DNA of 64,000 nucleotides from Microcoleus sp. (lineage in GTDB: Bacteria > Cyanobacteriota > Cyanobacteriia > Cyanobacteriales > Microcoleaceae): the NCBI GenBank assembly GCA_052279835.1, contig CP181291.1, forward strand, positions 5,504,001-5,568,000, in the 5' to 3' direction. Numbering within the stretch: position 1 is the first letter of the stretch; each line of letters opens with the position of its first letter. A model generated the notes under the pieces. The model searched no databases and had not been told where the DNA came from. It saw only the letters and a list, made by a program, of their open reading frames with translations. Positions 22,191 through 32,702 of the stretch are shown here, piece after piece. A program made the translations under genes and the position numbers.

Positions 22191-22850
22191 CTAGTTGTTA
22201 ATTGCGTTACTGCTTAATTTTTTTAGTCGATCGAACAAATCGGCAACTTTTGTCAAATCTTTATCTCCGGGGGCGATTTCTACGCCACTCGAAAGGTCAA
22301 TACCGCTAAAATTATTACCTGCAAAACTGCCGATCGCATTTAATACATTATCCGGCCTCAAACCCCCAGCCAGCAACCAAGGACAACTTGGTCGAAACTC
22401 TGCTAACATTTTCCAGTCGAGGGTTTTGCCAGTACCGCCTAGTTGGTCGGGATGGTAAGCATCCAGCAGTAAAGTATCCACATGAATAGCATACATATTC
22501 GCCATCTCTAAAGTTTCAGGAGTCTTAACTCTCAGGGCTTTGATAATTTCAATTTTCGGTAATAATTCCCGCAGTCGATCGCCATATTCCGCTGTTTCAT
22601 CTCCGTGTAACTGCACCCCTGTTAAATTAGATTTAACAACTACTTGACAGATATTTTCAATTGTGCTATTGGCAAATACACCGATGCGATCGACTGTTGC
22701 GGGCAAGTGCTCAACAATTAGACGAATAGTTTCGGGGTTGACATAGCGGGGGGAAGCGGGAACGCAAATAAACCCCAAAGCCTGGGCTCCCAAACCGGCG
22801 ATCGTCATACCCTGCTCTACTTTCGTGATTCCGCAAATTTTCACCCGCAT
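22191..22850 (-). CDS. trpF: phosphoribosylanthranilate isomerase
   Basis: [32 protein letters not shown]. Confidence 0.95.
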   Translation of the reverse strand: MRVKICGITKVEQGMTIAGLGAQALGFICVPASPRYVNPETIRLIVEHLPATVDRIGVFANSTIENICQVVVKSNLTGVQLHGDETAEYGDRLRELLPKIEIIKALRVKTPETLEMANMYAIHVDTLLLDAYHPDQLGGTGKTLDWKMLAEFRPSCPWLLAGGLRPDNVLNAIGSFAGNNFSGIDLSSGVEIAPGDKDLTKVADLFDRLKKLSSNAINN

Positions 22851-22984
22851 CAGCCCTTCTCCCTTGCCAATTTGTATCAAAATATCAATCAATTGTTAAC
22901 TATTAAAACAAATCTTAGTTTAAGCCAAAACACTTTTTATAATTTGATAGCTGAATTTATCTGTGAGACCGGGAGCATAATAAC

Positions 22985-23269
22985 GTGATTTACTCATCTT
23001 TGCTGTTAGTAGCACAATCGACCATTCCCTCAACACCGGAGTGGTCCCCAATGGTAGCACTGACAATGATCTTGTGCAACTTACTGGCGATCGCGATCGG
23101 CTACTACGGCATAAACAAACAAAACCGAGGCAAAGGCCCAGCTTTACCCCTTGTCATGCCTGGAATGTTCAAAGGCTTCGGCATACCAGAATTGTTAGCA
23201 ACAACCAGCCTCGGCCACTTAATCGGAGCAGGAGTAATCTTGGGCTTAGGAAACGCCGGAGTTCTCTAA
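22985..23269 (+). CDS. psaK: photosystem I subunit PsaK
   Basis: P.TPEWSP, GPALP, ELLATTSLGHLIGAG.ILGL.N.G. Confidence 0.92.
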   Translation: MIYSSLLLVAQSTIPSTPEWSPMVALTMILCNLLAIAIGYYGINKQNRGKGPALPLVMPGMFKGFGIPELLATTSLGHLIGAGVILGLGNAGVL

Positions 23270-23341
23270 AAAAAAGGGAAAGGGGAACGGAGGATATAAT
23301 AATAGAAACTCTTCCTTATTCTCCTTTCCCAGGAAAACTTC

Positions 23342-24538
23342 ATGCAGACAGGTTGGCGAGTCGGCTCCTTATTTGGCATCCCGCTGTTTTTAGATTACTC
23401 GTGGTTTATCATCTTAGCCCTAGCAACCCGCGCCTATGCTAGCAGTTACAGTGTGTGGGGGCCAGCGCTGGCATGGAGTGCCGGATTAGCGGTAGCTTTG
23501 ATGCTGTTTGGTTCCGTACTGCTGCACGAATTGGGACACAGCTTGGCGGCCATGTCCCAAGGTATTAAAGTTAATTCTATTACCCTATTCTTATTTGGTG
23601 GAGTTGCCTCCATCGACTCAGAATCAAAAACTCCCGCTCAAGCTTTTCAAGTAGCCATCGCCGGCCCTCTCGTCAGCTTCGGACTGTTTTTAATCCTCGG
23701 TTTAGGCTCTCAAGTTCTACCACAAACAAATTTGTTAGCAATAGTCACTGAAAGGGTAGCAGAAATCAATCTAGTTTTGGGATTATTTAACTTAATTCCG
23801 GGTTTGCCACTAGACGGAGGACAGGTTTTAAAAGCAGCAATTTGGCAAATCACTGGTTCTCGATTTACTGGTGTTCGCTGGGCGGCAAAAATCGGACAAA
23901 TTTTAGGTTGGTTAGCCGTGGCTTTTGGGCTAACTTTATGCTTCCTAGCACGGGAGTACGGCGGCTTGTGGATTGCACTAATCGGCGGGTTTGCCATCCG
24001 TAATGCGAAGGCTTACAGCCGTTTTGTTGCCTTGCAAGAAGCCTTGGTAAAAACTAAAGCGGCTGAGGTTATGAGTCATGAATTTCGAGTAGTTGATGCA
24101 AATTCAACCTTGCGAGAATTTGCCGATCGATATTTGTTAGAAGTAAATCCATTGCCATTTTACGTTGCAGCAGCCAATGGACGGGATTTAGGTTTAGTGT
24201 CGATCGACGATATCCGCTTCACAGAACGCACTCAGTGGCAAATTCAGACTCTGCACAACATTTTGAAACCCCTGGAAAAAAACCCCACAGTCTCCGAAAA
24301 GGCATCCCTAGCCGAAGTAATTAACACTATGGAATTCCGTCAACTGCCCCGAATCATCGTCCTCTCACCCATCGGTTCAGTAGTGGGGACGATCGATCGC
24401 GGTGACGTGATGAAAGTTTTGGCAAAACACCTCAAACCCAGCATTTCCGACACCGAAATCAAGCGCTGCAAAGCCGAAAATAGCTATCCCCAGGGATTGC
24501 AATTAAGTGCGATCGCCAAAACCGCACAAGACAACTAA
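23342..24538 (+). CDS. site-2 (M50) zinc protease with CBS domains
   Basis: HELGH, AGPLVS, NLIPGLPLDGG. Confidence 0.92.
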   Translation: MQTGWRVGSLFGIPLFLDYSWFIILALATRAYASSYSVWGPALAWSAGLAVALMLFGSVLLHELGHSLAAMSQGIKVNSITLFLFGGVASIDSESKTPAQAFQVAIAGPLVSFGLFLILGLGSQVLPQTNLLAIVTERVAEINLVLGLFNLIPGLPLDGGQVLKAAIWQITGSRFTGVRWAAKIGQILGWLAVAFGLTLCFLAREYGGLWIALIGGFAIRNAKAYSRFVALQEALVKTKAAEVMSHEFRVVDANSTLREFADRYLLEVNPLPFYVAAANGRDLGLVSIDDIRFTERTQWQIQTLHNILKPLEKNPTVSEKASLAEVINTMEFRQLPRIIVLSPIGSVVGTIDRGDVMKVLAKHLKPSISDTEIKRCKAENSYPQGLQLSAIAKTAQDN

Positions 24539-24617
24539 AAATTGGGCATTAATCAGGGGCATTTATGAAAAATCAAGATGTGGTGCAATTTTTCAAGGAG
24601 AGTTGAAAAAAAAGATT

Positions 24618-26573
24618 ATGCCCCAAATTTTGCAGCAATTTCATCATCAGTTGAAGCAGAGAGATTGGAGTTGGAAAAAGTTAACTAATTCCTGCTCCTT
24701 CGCTGACTTCAAACCTCTGATTATTACCTGCATAGCCGTTACAGCAAGCCTAGGGGCAATCAGGCAATTAGGTTGGTTACAGCCATGGGAATTAAATGCT
24801 TTCGACCTCATGGTTCAGTTGCGTCCTGATGCAGGTGTTGACTCCCGGTTGCTGGTAGTAAAAATCACAGAACAAGACATTAATAATATTGGCAAATGGC
24901 CTATTACAGATCGCACTTTAGCCAAAGCGATCGCCGAAATTAGCCGTTTTGAACCTACAGCTATTGGCATAGATCTAATTCGCAATACTCCCTACGAACC
25001 CGGAAATGCCGAATTAGCAACTCAACTGAAAAACCCGAAATTAATCCCCATTACCTTCATAGGTAACTCCAAGTACGATCGAGCGCCACCACCTCCTAAC
25101 ATACCAGAAGATCGGGTAGGGTTTAATGATTTAGTCATCGATCCAGATGGTAGAGTGCGTCGTAATTTGATGTTTGCTGGGGATGGTGAAAAGACACTAA
25201 ATTCATTGTCAATGCAGCTAGCCTTTGCTTATTTTAAAAGTAAAAAAATTGAGGGTAAACTCACCGAAAAAAATGAAATTCAGGTTGGTAAAACAGTATT
25301 TTCCCAGTTGCGTTCGGACTCAGGAGGTTATCATAACATTGATGCCCAAGGCTATCAAGTCATACTCAATTATCGCTCTGCTGAAAAGATAGCAAATACC
25401 GTGACACTAACTGAGGTATTGGCAGGAAAAGTTGACCCCAAATTAGTGACAGGTAAAATAGTCCTCATCGGCGTGACAGCCTTAACCGTAAAAGATATCT
25501 TTTACACTCCTTACAGCGCTACTGCCAGTGGAAATCGCCGGATGCCAGGGGTATTAATTCATGCCACGGCGACTAGCCAAATACTCAGTGCAGTTTTAGA
25601 CGGTAAAGGGCTATTTTGGTATTGGGATGAATGGCAAGAAATATGCTGGATTGTGGGTTGGGGGGCTGTTGGTGCCTGTTTAGCTTGGCGGCTGGAAAAT
25701 TCCCTGAGTTTGATGGGAAGCGCGATCGCAGCTTGTGGCTCGTTATTCGGATTCACATTTTGGCTATTTATGCAACAGGGATGGATACCTCTAGTGACGC
25801 CTAGTCTGGCACTTTTAATCAGCGCAGGAGTCATAGTCACCTATAAGTACGAGCAGTCGAAGCAACAGCAAGGGATTGTCATGAAATTATTAGGACAACA
25901 AACTTCACCTGCGATCGCCAATGCTCTGTGGAAAGAGCGCGTCCATTTACTCGAATCTGGTTTATTACCAGGCCAAAAAGTTATTGCTACTATCATCCTC
26001 ACCGACTTACAGGGTTTTAGTACAATCTCGGAAAAACTACCACCAGAAGTGGTAATGAGTTGGTTAAATGAGTATTTATCCGCGATGGCTCAAGAAGTCC
26101 AAGCACATCAAGGTGTGATTAATAAATTTACCGGAGATGGAATGCTGGCAGTATTTGGTGTACCGATTCCCCGCACAACTCCCGAAGAAATTGCCAAAGA
26201 TGCTAGCCTCGCCGTCTCTTGCGCCCTAGCCATCAGTTCTCGTTTACCACAAATGAATCAAAATTGGCTTGATCGGGGTTTACCGTCGGCAAAAATGCGA
26301 GTAGGCATCTTTACAGGACCTGTGATGGTCGGTAGTTTGGGAGGTACAACCCGTTTAGAATATGGAGTGATCGGCGACAGCGTAAATATTGCCTCTCGGC
26401 TGGAAAGTTGTGAAAAGGATCGACAAGAAGACACTTGCCGAATATTGATTGCAGAAGAAACCTTGCTGCATCTGGCAGATAAATTTGAAGTAGAATCTTG
26501 GGGACCATTACCTTTGAAAGGTAGGGAACAAAAAGTTAATGTATACCGAGTTTTGGGAACAAAGAACAAATAA
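24618..26573 (+). CDS. CHASE2-domain adenylate/guanylate cyclase
   Basis: CHASE2 (LLVV.ITEQDI..WP, PGVLIHA), TM helices, TDLQGF, KFTGDG, IGDSVNIASRLES. Confidence 0.92.
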   Translation: MPQILQQFHHQLKQRDWSWKKLTNSCSFADFKPLIITCIAVTASLGAIRQLGWLQPWELNAFDLMVQLRPDAGVDSRLLVVKITEQDINNIGKWPITDRTLAKAIAEISRFEPTAIGIDLIRNTPYEPGNAELATQLKNPKLIPITFIGNSKYDRAPPPPNIPEDRVGFNDLVIDPDGRVRRNLMFAGDGEKTLNSLSMQLAFAYFKSKKIEGKLTEKNEIQVGKTVFSQLRSDSGGYHNIDAQGYQVILNYRSAEKIANTVTLTEVLAGKVDPKLVTGKIVLIGVTALTVKDIFYTPYSATASGNRRMPGVLIHATATSQILSAVLDGKGLFWYWDEWQEICWIVGWGAVGACLAWRLENSLSLMGSAIAACGSLFGFTFWLFMQQGWIPLVTPSLALLISAGVIVTYKYEQSKQQQGIVMKLLGQQTSPAIANALWKERVHLLESGLLPGQKVIATIILTDLQGFSTISEKLPPEVVMSWLNEYLSAMAQEVQAHQGVINKFTGDGMLAVFGVPIPRTTPEEIAKDASLAVSCALAISSRLPQMNQNWLDRGLPSAKMRVGIFTGPVMVGSLGGTTRLEYGVIGDSVNIASRLESCEKDRQEDTCRILIAEETLLHLADKFEVESWGPLPLKGREQKVNVYRVLGTKNK

Positions 26574-26600
26574 AAGGACAGCATCTATCCCTAAAAAATC

Positions 26601-27461
26601 ATGAATCAAATGAAAAGATTTACTAAGTTTTTTTTCAATCTCACATCCGTTAGCTCCATGCTATTGATAGCCACACTTGATGTTTCCCAATTCGCAGTGA
26701 TGGGGCAGGTATCTCCAAAGATAAATGGGAAACCAGGGACTGAACCGGGAGGGCCACGCTTGGCTCCGCCCACTCCAGGGAAACCAGGGACTGAACCGGG
26801 AGGACCGCGGTTCGTTCAACCTACTGACGATGCGGTATCCGGCGATGCACCCAGAGTAACGCGCGCAGCAGCTTCATGTGTCAAGGGTAAGATAGACCTC
26901 ACTGCCTTAGTACCAGAAAATAAAATCGCACGAACTGTCTCAGAATATCCTGTATTCTTTTTCTACTTACCTCAAACAGATGCACCACAAGCCGAGTTTG
27001 TCCTGCAAGATGAAAACGGGAAACAGATTTATCAAACTACCCTAAAAATCAACAATTCATCAGGGGTAACAGGTGTGAGCATTCCCACCAATCGCAATAT
27101 GTCGCCCTTGCAAGTAGGCAAAAATTACCGTTGGTTTGTGGCATTGATTTGCGACGCTCAAGACAGATCTGCTGATATATCCGAAACAGGTATTGTGCGT
27201 CGAGTTGAACTCAGTGCAGATATCCGCAGTAAGTTAGAGAAGGCTGATGTGCGGGAAAAAACCTTTATTTATGCTCAGAATGGGATTTGGCAAGATGCCC
27301 TGAGCACTTTAGCAGCCGCTCGGCTTGCTAATCCCAATGATGCAAAACTAACTGCGGATTGGGCCAGCTTGTTAGATTCAGTAAAATTGGGCGAAATTGC
27401 CACAGAGCCGATCGTGCAAATCTCTCCAGAGCCTAGCGCTCCAATGGAGCCACAGCCATAG
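26601..27461 (+). CDS. DUF928 domain protein
   Basis: LTALVP..T...YP.FFFYLP, GKNYRW, YAQNGIWQDAL; usual partner of CHASE2 genes. Confidence 0.88.
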   Translation: MNQMKRFTKFFFNLTSVSSMLLIATLDVSQFAVMGQVSPKINGKPGTEPGGPRLAPPTPGKPGTEPGGPRFVQPTDDAVSGDAPRVTRAAASCVKGKIDLTALVPENKIARTVSEYPVFFFYLPQTDAPQAEFVLQDENGKQIYQTTLKINNSSGVTGVSIPTNRNMSPLQVGKNYRWFVALICDAQDRSADISETGIVRRVELSADIRSKLEKADVREKTFIYAQNGIWQDALSTLAAARLANPNDAKLTADWASLLDSVKLGEIATEPIVQISPEPSAPMEPQP

Positions 27462-27473
27462 TTTATTGTCCAC

Positions 27474-27595
27474 GGGTGCATCTGTGTTTTGCAAATATAT
27501 TCGTATGGGCTATAGCATGACCGCTGTAAATCTCTGCTTATCACTAATAAATTGTCTGCGGTCATGCTTCGCCTATGCAAAATCGGGATGCTCCC
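27474..27595 (+). mobile_element. MITE-like element, copy 1 (122 bp)
   Basis: Ends GGGTGCATC.../...CAAAATCGGGATGCTCCC; internal hairpin; flanking duplication only partial (TGTCCA). Confidence 0.7.
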
Positions 27596-27605
27596 TATGT
27601 CCAAT

Positions 27606-27658
27606 CAGCGGAGTCGAAGTGCTGAGCGGAGTCGAAGTGGACAGTTCGACTACGCTCA
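27606..27658. repeat. AGCGGAGTCGAAGT repeats with an inverted copy
   Basis: Two direct copies followed by TTCGACTACGCTC. Confidence 0.65.
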
Positions 27659-27692
27659 ACGATCGCAAAATTCCTAACAATCTGGGTGGTTG

Positions 27693-28436
27693 CTATAACA
27701 GTGCAACCGGAATCGATCTAATTTCCAACCATTCCCGTTCAGAAAGTGGTTGCACTTCCAAATGTATTTCAAAACAACGACAAGCAGCCACTTTCAAAGC
27801 TTCAATAACAGTTTCCATCAAATCATTTCCCTCTTGAGCTAGAGGTAATTTCATGGTAATTAATTCTTCTCCAAAAACTTGATAAAACAAATCCAAATCC
27901 GGCTGTAAACGCATAGAACCGTGTTGCAAAATAGCATCGCCCCTGCGTAATTGGGCGCTACCAATTAACTTATAGCCATCAGGTGTAACTAAATCTGCAC
28001 CCGTCGCAGTTCCAAAACAATTAGGATTGTGAATGTAATTTCGTCCGGCTTCCCCGTAGTGCAAATCCACACCCATCGCCTTCCAACCTTCAATCAAAAA
28101 CTGGCAGATATCCTGATAAGCTTGGAGACGACTCCCCGCCAGTCCCGACACCACCACCGCATAAGTTAAATCTCCCTGGTGCAGCACAGCCCGCCCGCCA
28201 CTTGGTCTGCGTACTAAGTCTACAGACATTCCGCGCCAAGATAGCTCCTCCCAAAAGTCTGGCCATCGGCGTTGGTGATAGCCCAAAGAAATTGTCGCTG
28301 GTGCCCAAGTATAAAATCGTAGAGTTGGCGGAATTTTGCCCGCCAGATGCTGTTCCAGGAGCCATTGGTCGATCGCCATCTGCACCGTACCAGAAGCTTG
28401 CAGCAGCGGAATTAAACGCCAAACAGAATTAGTCAT
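27693..28436 (-). CDS. lipoate-protein ligase A / octanoyltransferase family
   Basis: QMAID, LRFYTW, RRPSGGRAVLH, KLIGSAQ, LQHGS. Confidence 0.92.
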   Translation of the reverse strand: MTNSVWRLIPLLQASGTVQMAIDQWLLEQHLAGKIPPTLRFYTWAPATISLGYHQRRWPDFWEELSWRGMSVDLVRRPSGGRAVLHQGDLTYAVVVSGLAGSRLQAYQDICQFLIEGWKAMGVDLHYGEAGRNYIHNPNCFGTATGADLVTPDGYKLIGSAQLRRGDAILQHGSMRLQPDLDLFYQVFGEELITMKLPLAQEGNDLMETVIEALKVAACRCFEIHLEVQPLSEREWLEIRSIPVALL

Positions 28437-28580
28437 CGGTCTCCAGTCCTCAGTTTGGGTTCTATAATGGACAGGATGTTTTAAAATTGGTAATAGTCAT
28501 GGGAATCTGTGAAAGTAAGTTTGTGTAAATTTCACCGATCCAATGCTGTAGCAATAAATAGGCAAAATAATTCTTTAACC

Positions 28581-28907
28581 ATGAGCAACAGTGTAATTGT
28601 CATTAGCGACGAAAAGTTTGAAACGGAAGTCCTGAAAGCAGAGCAGCCAGTGCTTGCCTATTTTTGGGCTGCTTGGTGTGGCCCTTGCAAACTGGTATCG
28701 CCTTCGATAGACTGGATCGCAGCAAATTACAGCGATCGGCTGAAAGTGGTTAAAATGGAAATTGACCCGAATCCAGCTACTGTCAAACAGTATAAAGTAG
28801 AAGGAGTCCCTGCTATCAGGCTGTTTAAAAATTCTGAATTAGTGATGTCTCACGAGGGAGCTATTACTAAACAAAAATTGACAGGTTTGTTGGACGCTAA
28901 TTTATAA
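28581..28907 (+). CDS. thioredoxin, x-type
   Basis: YFWAAWCGPC; KMEIDPNP...KVEGVPA resembles cyanobacterial x-type thioredoxins. Confidence 0.88.
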   Translation: MSNSVIVISDEKFETEVLKAEQPVLAYFWAAWCGPCKLVSPSIDWIAANYSDRLKVVKMEIDPNPATVKQYKVEGVPAIRLFKNSELVMSHEGAITKQKLTGLLDANL

Positions 28908-29175
28908 AGTTTTGAATGTTGAGAGATTTGTCCTTGGATGGCGGCGGGTTTATGAGATGGTCTGTTTTAGGCAATTATTATTGGTAAAACCCGCTCTACC
29001 CAAGGCAATATACTCGTTGATGAACTCAGTAAATATCCGATTTAACACAAGTTGTCTAGGAGCTAAAAAAACATTTTATGGCTTGTTTAAAGCCTTTTAG
29101 ATGACAATATTTTTGTAAGTTTAGAAAAACTTATACAAACCTCTAGCCACGGCGCGATCGCACTTCTAAAATCTT

Positions 29176-29826
29176 ATGGTAACACTTCAGCTCAGACAGC
29201 TCGATATTCCCCTAGGACAGCGAGTGCTGCTACACGATGTTAGTTGGTCAGAATTTGAAGCAATTTTAGTAGAAATGGGCGAAGCTCGATCCGCGCGCTT
29301 AGCTTATAGCCAAGGAACATTGGAGATTCGGATGCCTTTACCAGAACATGAGGTAGATAAAGAACTAATTGGTGATATGGTGAAAATATTGCTAGAAGAA
29401 TTAGAAATAGATTGCGAGTGCTTTGGTTCCACGACTTTTAAACGAGAAACCCAAAAAAGCGGTGTGGAACCAGATCAGTGTTTCTATATTGAAAACCATC
29501 AGCAAATGAGAGGGAAACGGCGGGTGGATTTAACAGTAGATCCTCCTCCTGATTTGGCAATTGAAATCGATGTCACTTCCAAAACGCAATTGGATGCTTA
29601 TCAAGCTTTACAAGTTCCTGAACTGTGGCGGTATGAAAATAATCAATTGCAAATTAATGTACTGCAAGATGGGAGATATGTTGCATTCCCAAGTAGCCCA
29701 ATTTTTCCAGGATTACCAATTGTTGAAATGATAGCCGAGTTTGTAGCTCAAAGTACAATTATAGGCAGAAGCGCGAGTTTAAGAAATTTTCGCGATCGCA
29801 TTAGGCGGTTGGAAAAAATGTTGTAG
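29176..29826 (+). CDS. Uma2 family endonuclease-like protein
   Basis: VSWSEFE, EPDQCFY, PPPDLAIEID.TS, VPELWRY. Confidence 0.92.
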   Translation: MVTLQLRQLDIPLGQRVLLHDVSWSEFEAILVEMGEARSARLAYSQGTLEIRMPLPEHEVDKELIGDMVKILLEELEIDCECFGSTTFKRETQKSGVEPDQCFYIENHQQMRGKRRVDLTVDPPPDLAIEIDVTSKTQLDAYQALQVPELWRYENNQLQINVLQDGRYVAFPSSPIFPGLPIVEMIAEFVAQSTIIGRSASLRNFRDRIRRLEKML

Positions 29827-29919
29827 AGGTAGGTTTCACAAACCATTAATTTGGGAAACAAACCATATAGTAAACTTGCATCTACAGGAACTAAAATTAC
29901 AAAATTAATTGATAAAACT

Positions 29920-31161
29920 ATGAAATTTGCCCATCGTTTACAACCTCTACAATTCAATGTATTTGCCGATATGGATCGGGCGAAATCTCTAGCGAGAATC
30001 GCCGATAAAAATGTGATTGATTTGTCTCTAGGCTCTTCCGATTTGCCGACTGCTGCTCACATTACAGAGGCGATCGCACTTTCTCTGTCTGACTCCAGCA
30101 CCCACGGCTATTTGCTGTTTAACGGGACGAAATCTTTTCGGGAAGCTGCGGCGACTTGGTATCAACAAAAATTCGGGATTTCCGTCAATCCAGAAACAGA
30201 AGTGCTGCCTTTAATTGGTTCCCAAGAAGGCACGGCCCATTTGCCTTTAGCTATACTCAACCCCGGAGATTTTGCTTTGTTGCTCGATCCGGGTTATCCC
30301 TCCCACGCGGGGGGTGTTTATTTGGCTGGCGGGCAAATTTATCCGATGCCGTTGTTAGCAGAAAATCAGTTTTTGCCAGTATTTGATGATATTCCCAAAC
30401 CAGTTTTAGCTCAGTCGAAGATGATGGTTTTGAGTTATCCTCATAATCCCACAACTGCGATCGCACCTTTAGCCTTTTTTGAGAAAGCCGTCGCTTTTTG
30501 TCGGGAAAACGGGCTGGTTTTGGTGCACGATTTCCCCTATGTCGATTTGGTTTTTGACGATCGCAATTCTAGCATAGAGGCAGAGCCAAAGCAGCGGGCT
30601 TACCAGGATATTCCTGGTAACGAGGAGCATCGAAAAGTGATGGCACCGTCTATTTTTCAGGCAGATCCAGATAAAAGCGTGTCGATCGAGTTTTTTACAC
30701 TCTCGAAGTCGTACAATATGGGTGGTTTTCGAGTCGGATACGCGATCGGCAATCCCCAAATCATTGAAGCACTGCGACAGGTAAAAGCCACCGTAGATTT
30801 CAATCAATACCAAGGAATTTTGAATGGAGCGATCGCCGCATTAACTGGCCCCCAGGACACCGTTAAAACCAGTGTAGAAACCTTCCGACAACGGCGGGAT
30901 ACCTTCGTCACTGCTTTACAAGACATTGGCTGGGAAGTGCCATTACCCCCCGCCACCATGTACGTTTGGGCGAAACTCCCAGAACCTTGGGCTTTAGATT
31001 CCGTGAAATTTTGCACTGAGTTAGTACAAAGCACAGGAGTTGCAGCTTCCCCCGGTGCCGGCTTTGGCAAATCTGGAGAAGGCTATGTGCGATTTGCCTT
31101 AGTTGAATCACCGGAAATTTTGGCCGAAGCTGTCAGAAGAATTGCTGAATTCCCAAGTTGA
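29920..31161 (+). CDS. class I/II PLP aminotransferase (LL-diaminopimelate aminotransferase-like)
   Basis: GSQEG, YPHNPT, DFPY, SKSYNMGGFRVG. Confidence 0.88.
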   Translation: MKFAHRLQPLQFNVFADMDRAKSLARIADKNVIDLSLGSSDLPTAAHITEAIALSLSDSSTHGYLLFNGTKSFREAAATWYQQKFGISVNPETEVLPLIGSQEGTAHLPLAILNPGDFALLLDPGYPSHAGGVYLAGGQIYPMPLLAENQFLPVFDDIPKPVLAQSKMMVLSYPHNPTTAIAPLAFFEKAVAFCRENGLVLVHDFPYVDLVFDDRNSSIEAEPKQRAYQDIPGNEEHRKVMAPSIFQADPDKSVSIEFFTLSKSYNMGGFRVGYAIGNPQIIEALRQVKATVDFNQYQGILNGAIAALTGPQDTVKTSVETFRQRRDTFVTALQDIGWEVPLPPATMYVWAKLPEPWALDSVKFCTELVQSTGVAASPGAGFGKSGEGYVRFALVESPEILAEAVRRIAEFPS

Positions 31162-31222
31162 GATACTGCGAGGATTGAATAGGCTCTATCTTCTCTGTAC
31201 CAAGTTTTTGTCCCTAGAGTGC

Positions 31223-31477
31223 CTATTCATTTCGTGCTGATTCCTGGTATTTTTCCAGGATACCACTCGACAGCATGAGTCTGGGCCAAACTAACAAGAA
31301 AAAACCCATCCACGCTAATAATGGTATCGCCACTATAACTGTAATCCAAACAGTTTTCAATAAAAACCAACTGCCACTAATCAGACTAATTCCTGTTAAA
31401 AGAATCGACCAAGGCTGACACCACCAAGGTTTGAAATCCCAAGCACTAAATTTTTTTGGTTCGGAAACATTTTTCAT
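31223..31477 (-). CDS. small conserved membrane protein (DUF6737-like)
   Basis: W.FKPWWCQPWSILLTG motif and two TM helices. Confidence 0.8.
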   Translation of the reverse strand: MKNVSEPKKFSAWDFKPWWCQPWSILLTGISLISGSWFLLKTVWITVIVAIPLLAWMGFFLLVWPRLMLSSGILEKYQESARNE

Positions 31478-31480
31478 ATT

Positions 31481-31661
31481 AGTTATTGGTTATTGGTTAT
31501 TGGTTATTGGTTATTGGTTATTGGTTATTGGTTATTGGTTATTGGTTATTGGTTATTGGTTATTGGTTATTGGTTATTGGTTATTGGTTATTGGTGTTAA
31601 TTCCAATTCCCCATTCCCAATTCCCCATTCCCAATTCCCCATTCCCAATTCCCCATTCCCC
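31481..31661. repeat. STRR arrays (TTGGTTA)n followed by (ATTCCCA/ATTCCCC)n
   Basis: About 16 plus about 9 heptamer units. Confidence 0.92.
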
Positions 31662-31906
31662 AGTCAGTAGCAGTGCCCTTCGACTCTACTGGCCAAACTG
31701 CGGAGTCTAAGGGTGGAGGGGCTGGATTTACTTTTTTTGAGCGCCGATGAACTCGGATGAGGGCTTTTTTGATATTTGACACTCATATTTCCCACTAATG
31801 GTAAAATGCGATCGCCATAGCAATTTCAGTTCCATAGGTTGCTAACTTGCTAGGCTAGAAAGTAGCAAACCAAAAAATCCAGCCATTCCAAGGTCAATCG
31901 CGAACC

Positions 31907-32569
31907 ATGAGACTAGACGAAGCCGTAGAATTTGCCGAAAACCCTGAGCCGCGTTGTCCCTGCGTCCTCCTGTTGGACACCTCCGGTTCAATGCAAGGTG
32001 CTCCTATAGATGCCTTGAATGAAGGGCTGCAAACTTTTAGGGACGATCTGATTAAAGATGAATTGGCAAAAAAGCGAGTGGAAGTCGCGATTATTTCCTT
32101 TGACAATCATATCAAAGTTGTGCAGGATTTCGTGACGGCAGACCAATTCGAGACGCCACTGCTGAAAGCCCAAGGACAAACTCACATGGGTGCAGGTATT
32201 CAACAAGCACTGGATTTAATCGCCGCCCGCAAATCTGAATATCGCAACAACGGAATCACCTATTATCGGCCGTGGGTATTTATGATTACTGATGGAGAAC
32301 CCCAAGGCGAATCGGACGATATTGTAGACATCGCTTCACGGCGGATTAAAGAGGAAGAAACTAACAAGCGCGTTGCTTTTTTTGCGGTAGGAGTCGAAGG
32401 TGCTAATATTGCCCGTCTCGCCGAAATTGTGGAACGGACTCCTGTAAAATTAAAAGGATTGGATTTTAGGGAGATGTTTATTTGGCTTTCAGCTAGTATG
32501 CAGCGAGTCTCTCACTCAAAAATTGATGAACAAGTAGCCTTACCACCTCCGGGGTGGGGAACCGTTTAG
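31907..32569 (+). CDS. vWA domain protein, TerY/YegL-like
   Basis: ENPEPRCPCVLLLDTSGSM (MIDAS), YYRPWVFMITDGEP, F.WLSASM. Confidence 0.92.
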   Translation: MRLDEAVEFAENPEPRCPCVLLLDTSGSMQGAPIDALNEGLQTFRDDLIKDELAKKRVEVAIISFDNHIKVVQDFVTADQFETPLLKAQGQTHMGAGIQQALDLIAARKSEYRNNGITYYRPWVFMITDGEPQGESDDIVDIASRRIKEEETNKRVAFFAVGVEGANIARLAEIVERTPVKLKGLDFREMFIWLSASMQRVSHSKIDEQVALPPPGWGTV

Positions 32570-32571
32570 TC

Positions 32572-32684
32572 ATTGGTTATTTGTTATTGGTTATTTGTTA
32601 TTGGTTATTTGTTATGAGTAGCAGGTGACAATTAACTACTAACAATTAACTACTAACAATTAACTACTAACAATTAACTACTAA
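32572..32684. repeat. STRR heptamers and 14-mer (AATTAACTACTAAC)x4
   Basis: Direct reading between the vWA and PP2C genes. Confidence 0.85.
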
Positions 32685-32702
32685 CATCTGAATAACTGAC
32701 AA

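Noticed and set aside
21995..22217. ORFs reading VIGYWLL / FFLLPSS (also 31431-31782)
   Set aside because: Translations of heptamer STRR arrays
27275..27837. ORFs 27275-27604, 27397-27837 and 63353-63786 sharing peptide similarity
   Set aside because: The similarity comes from the non-coding MITE-like repeat they cross
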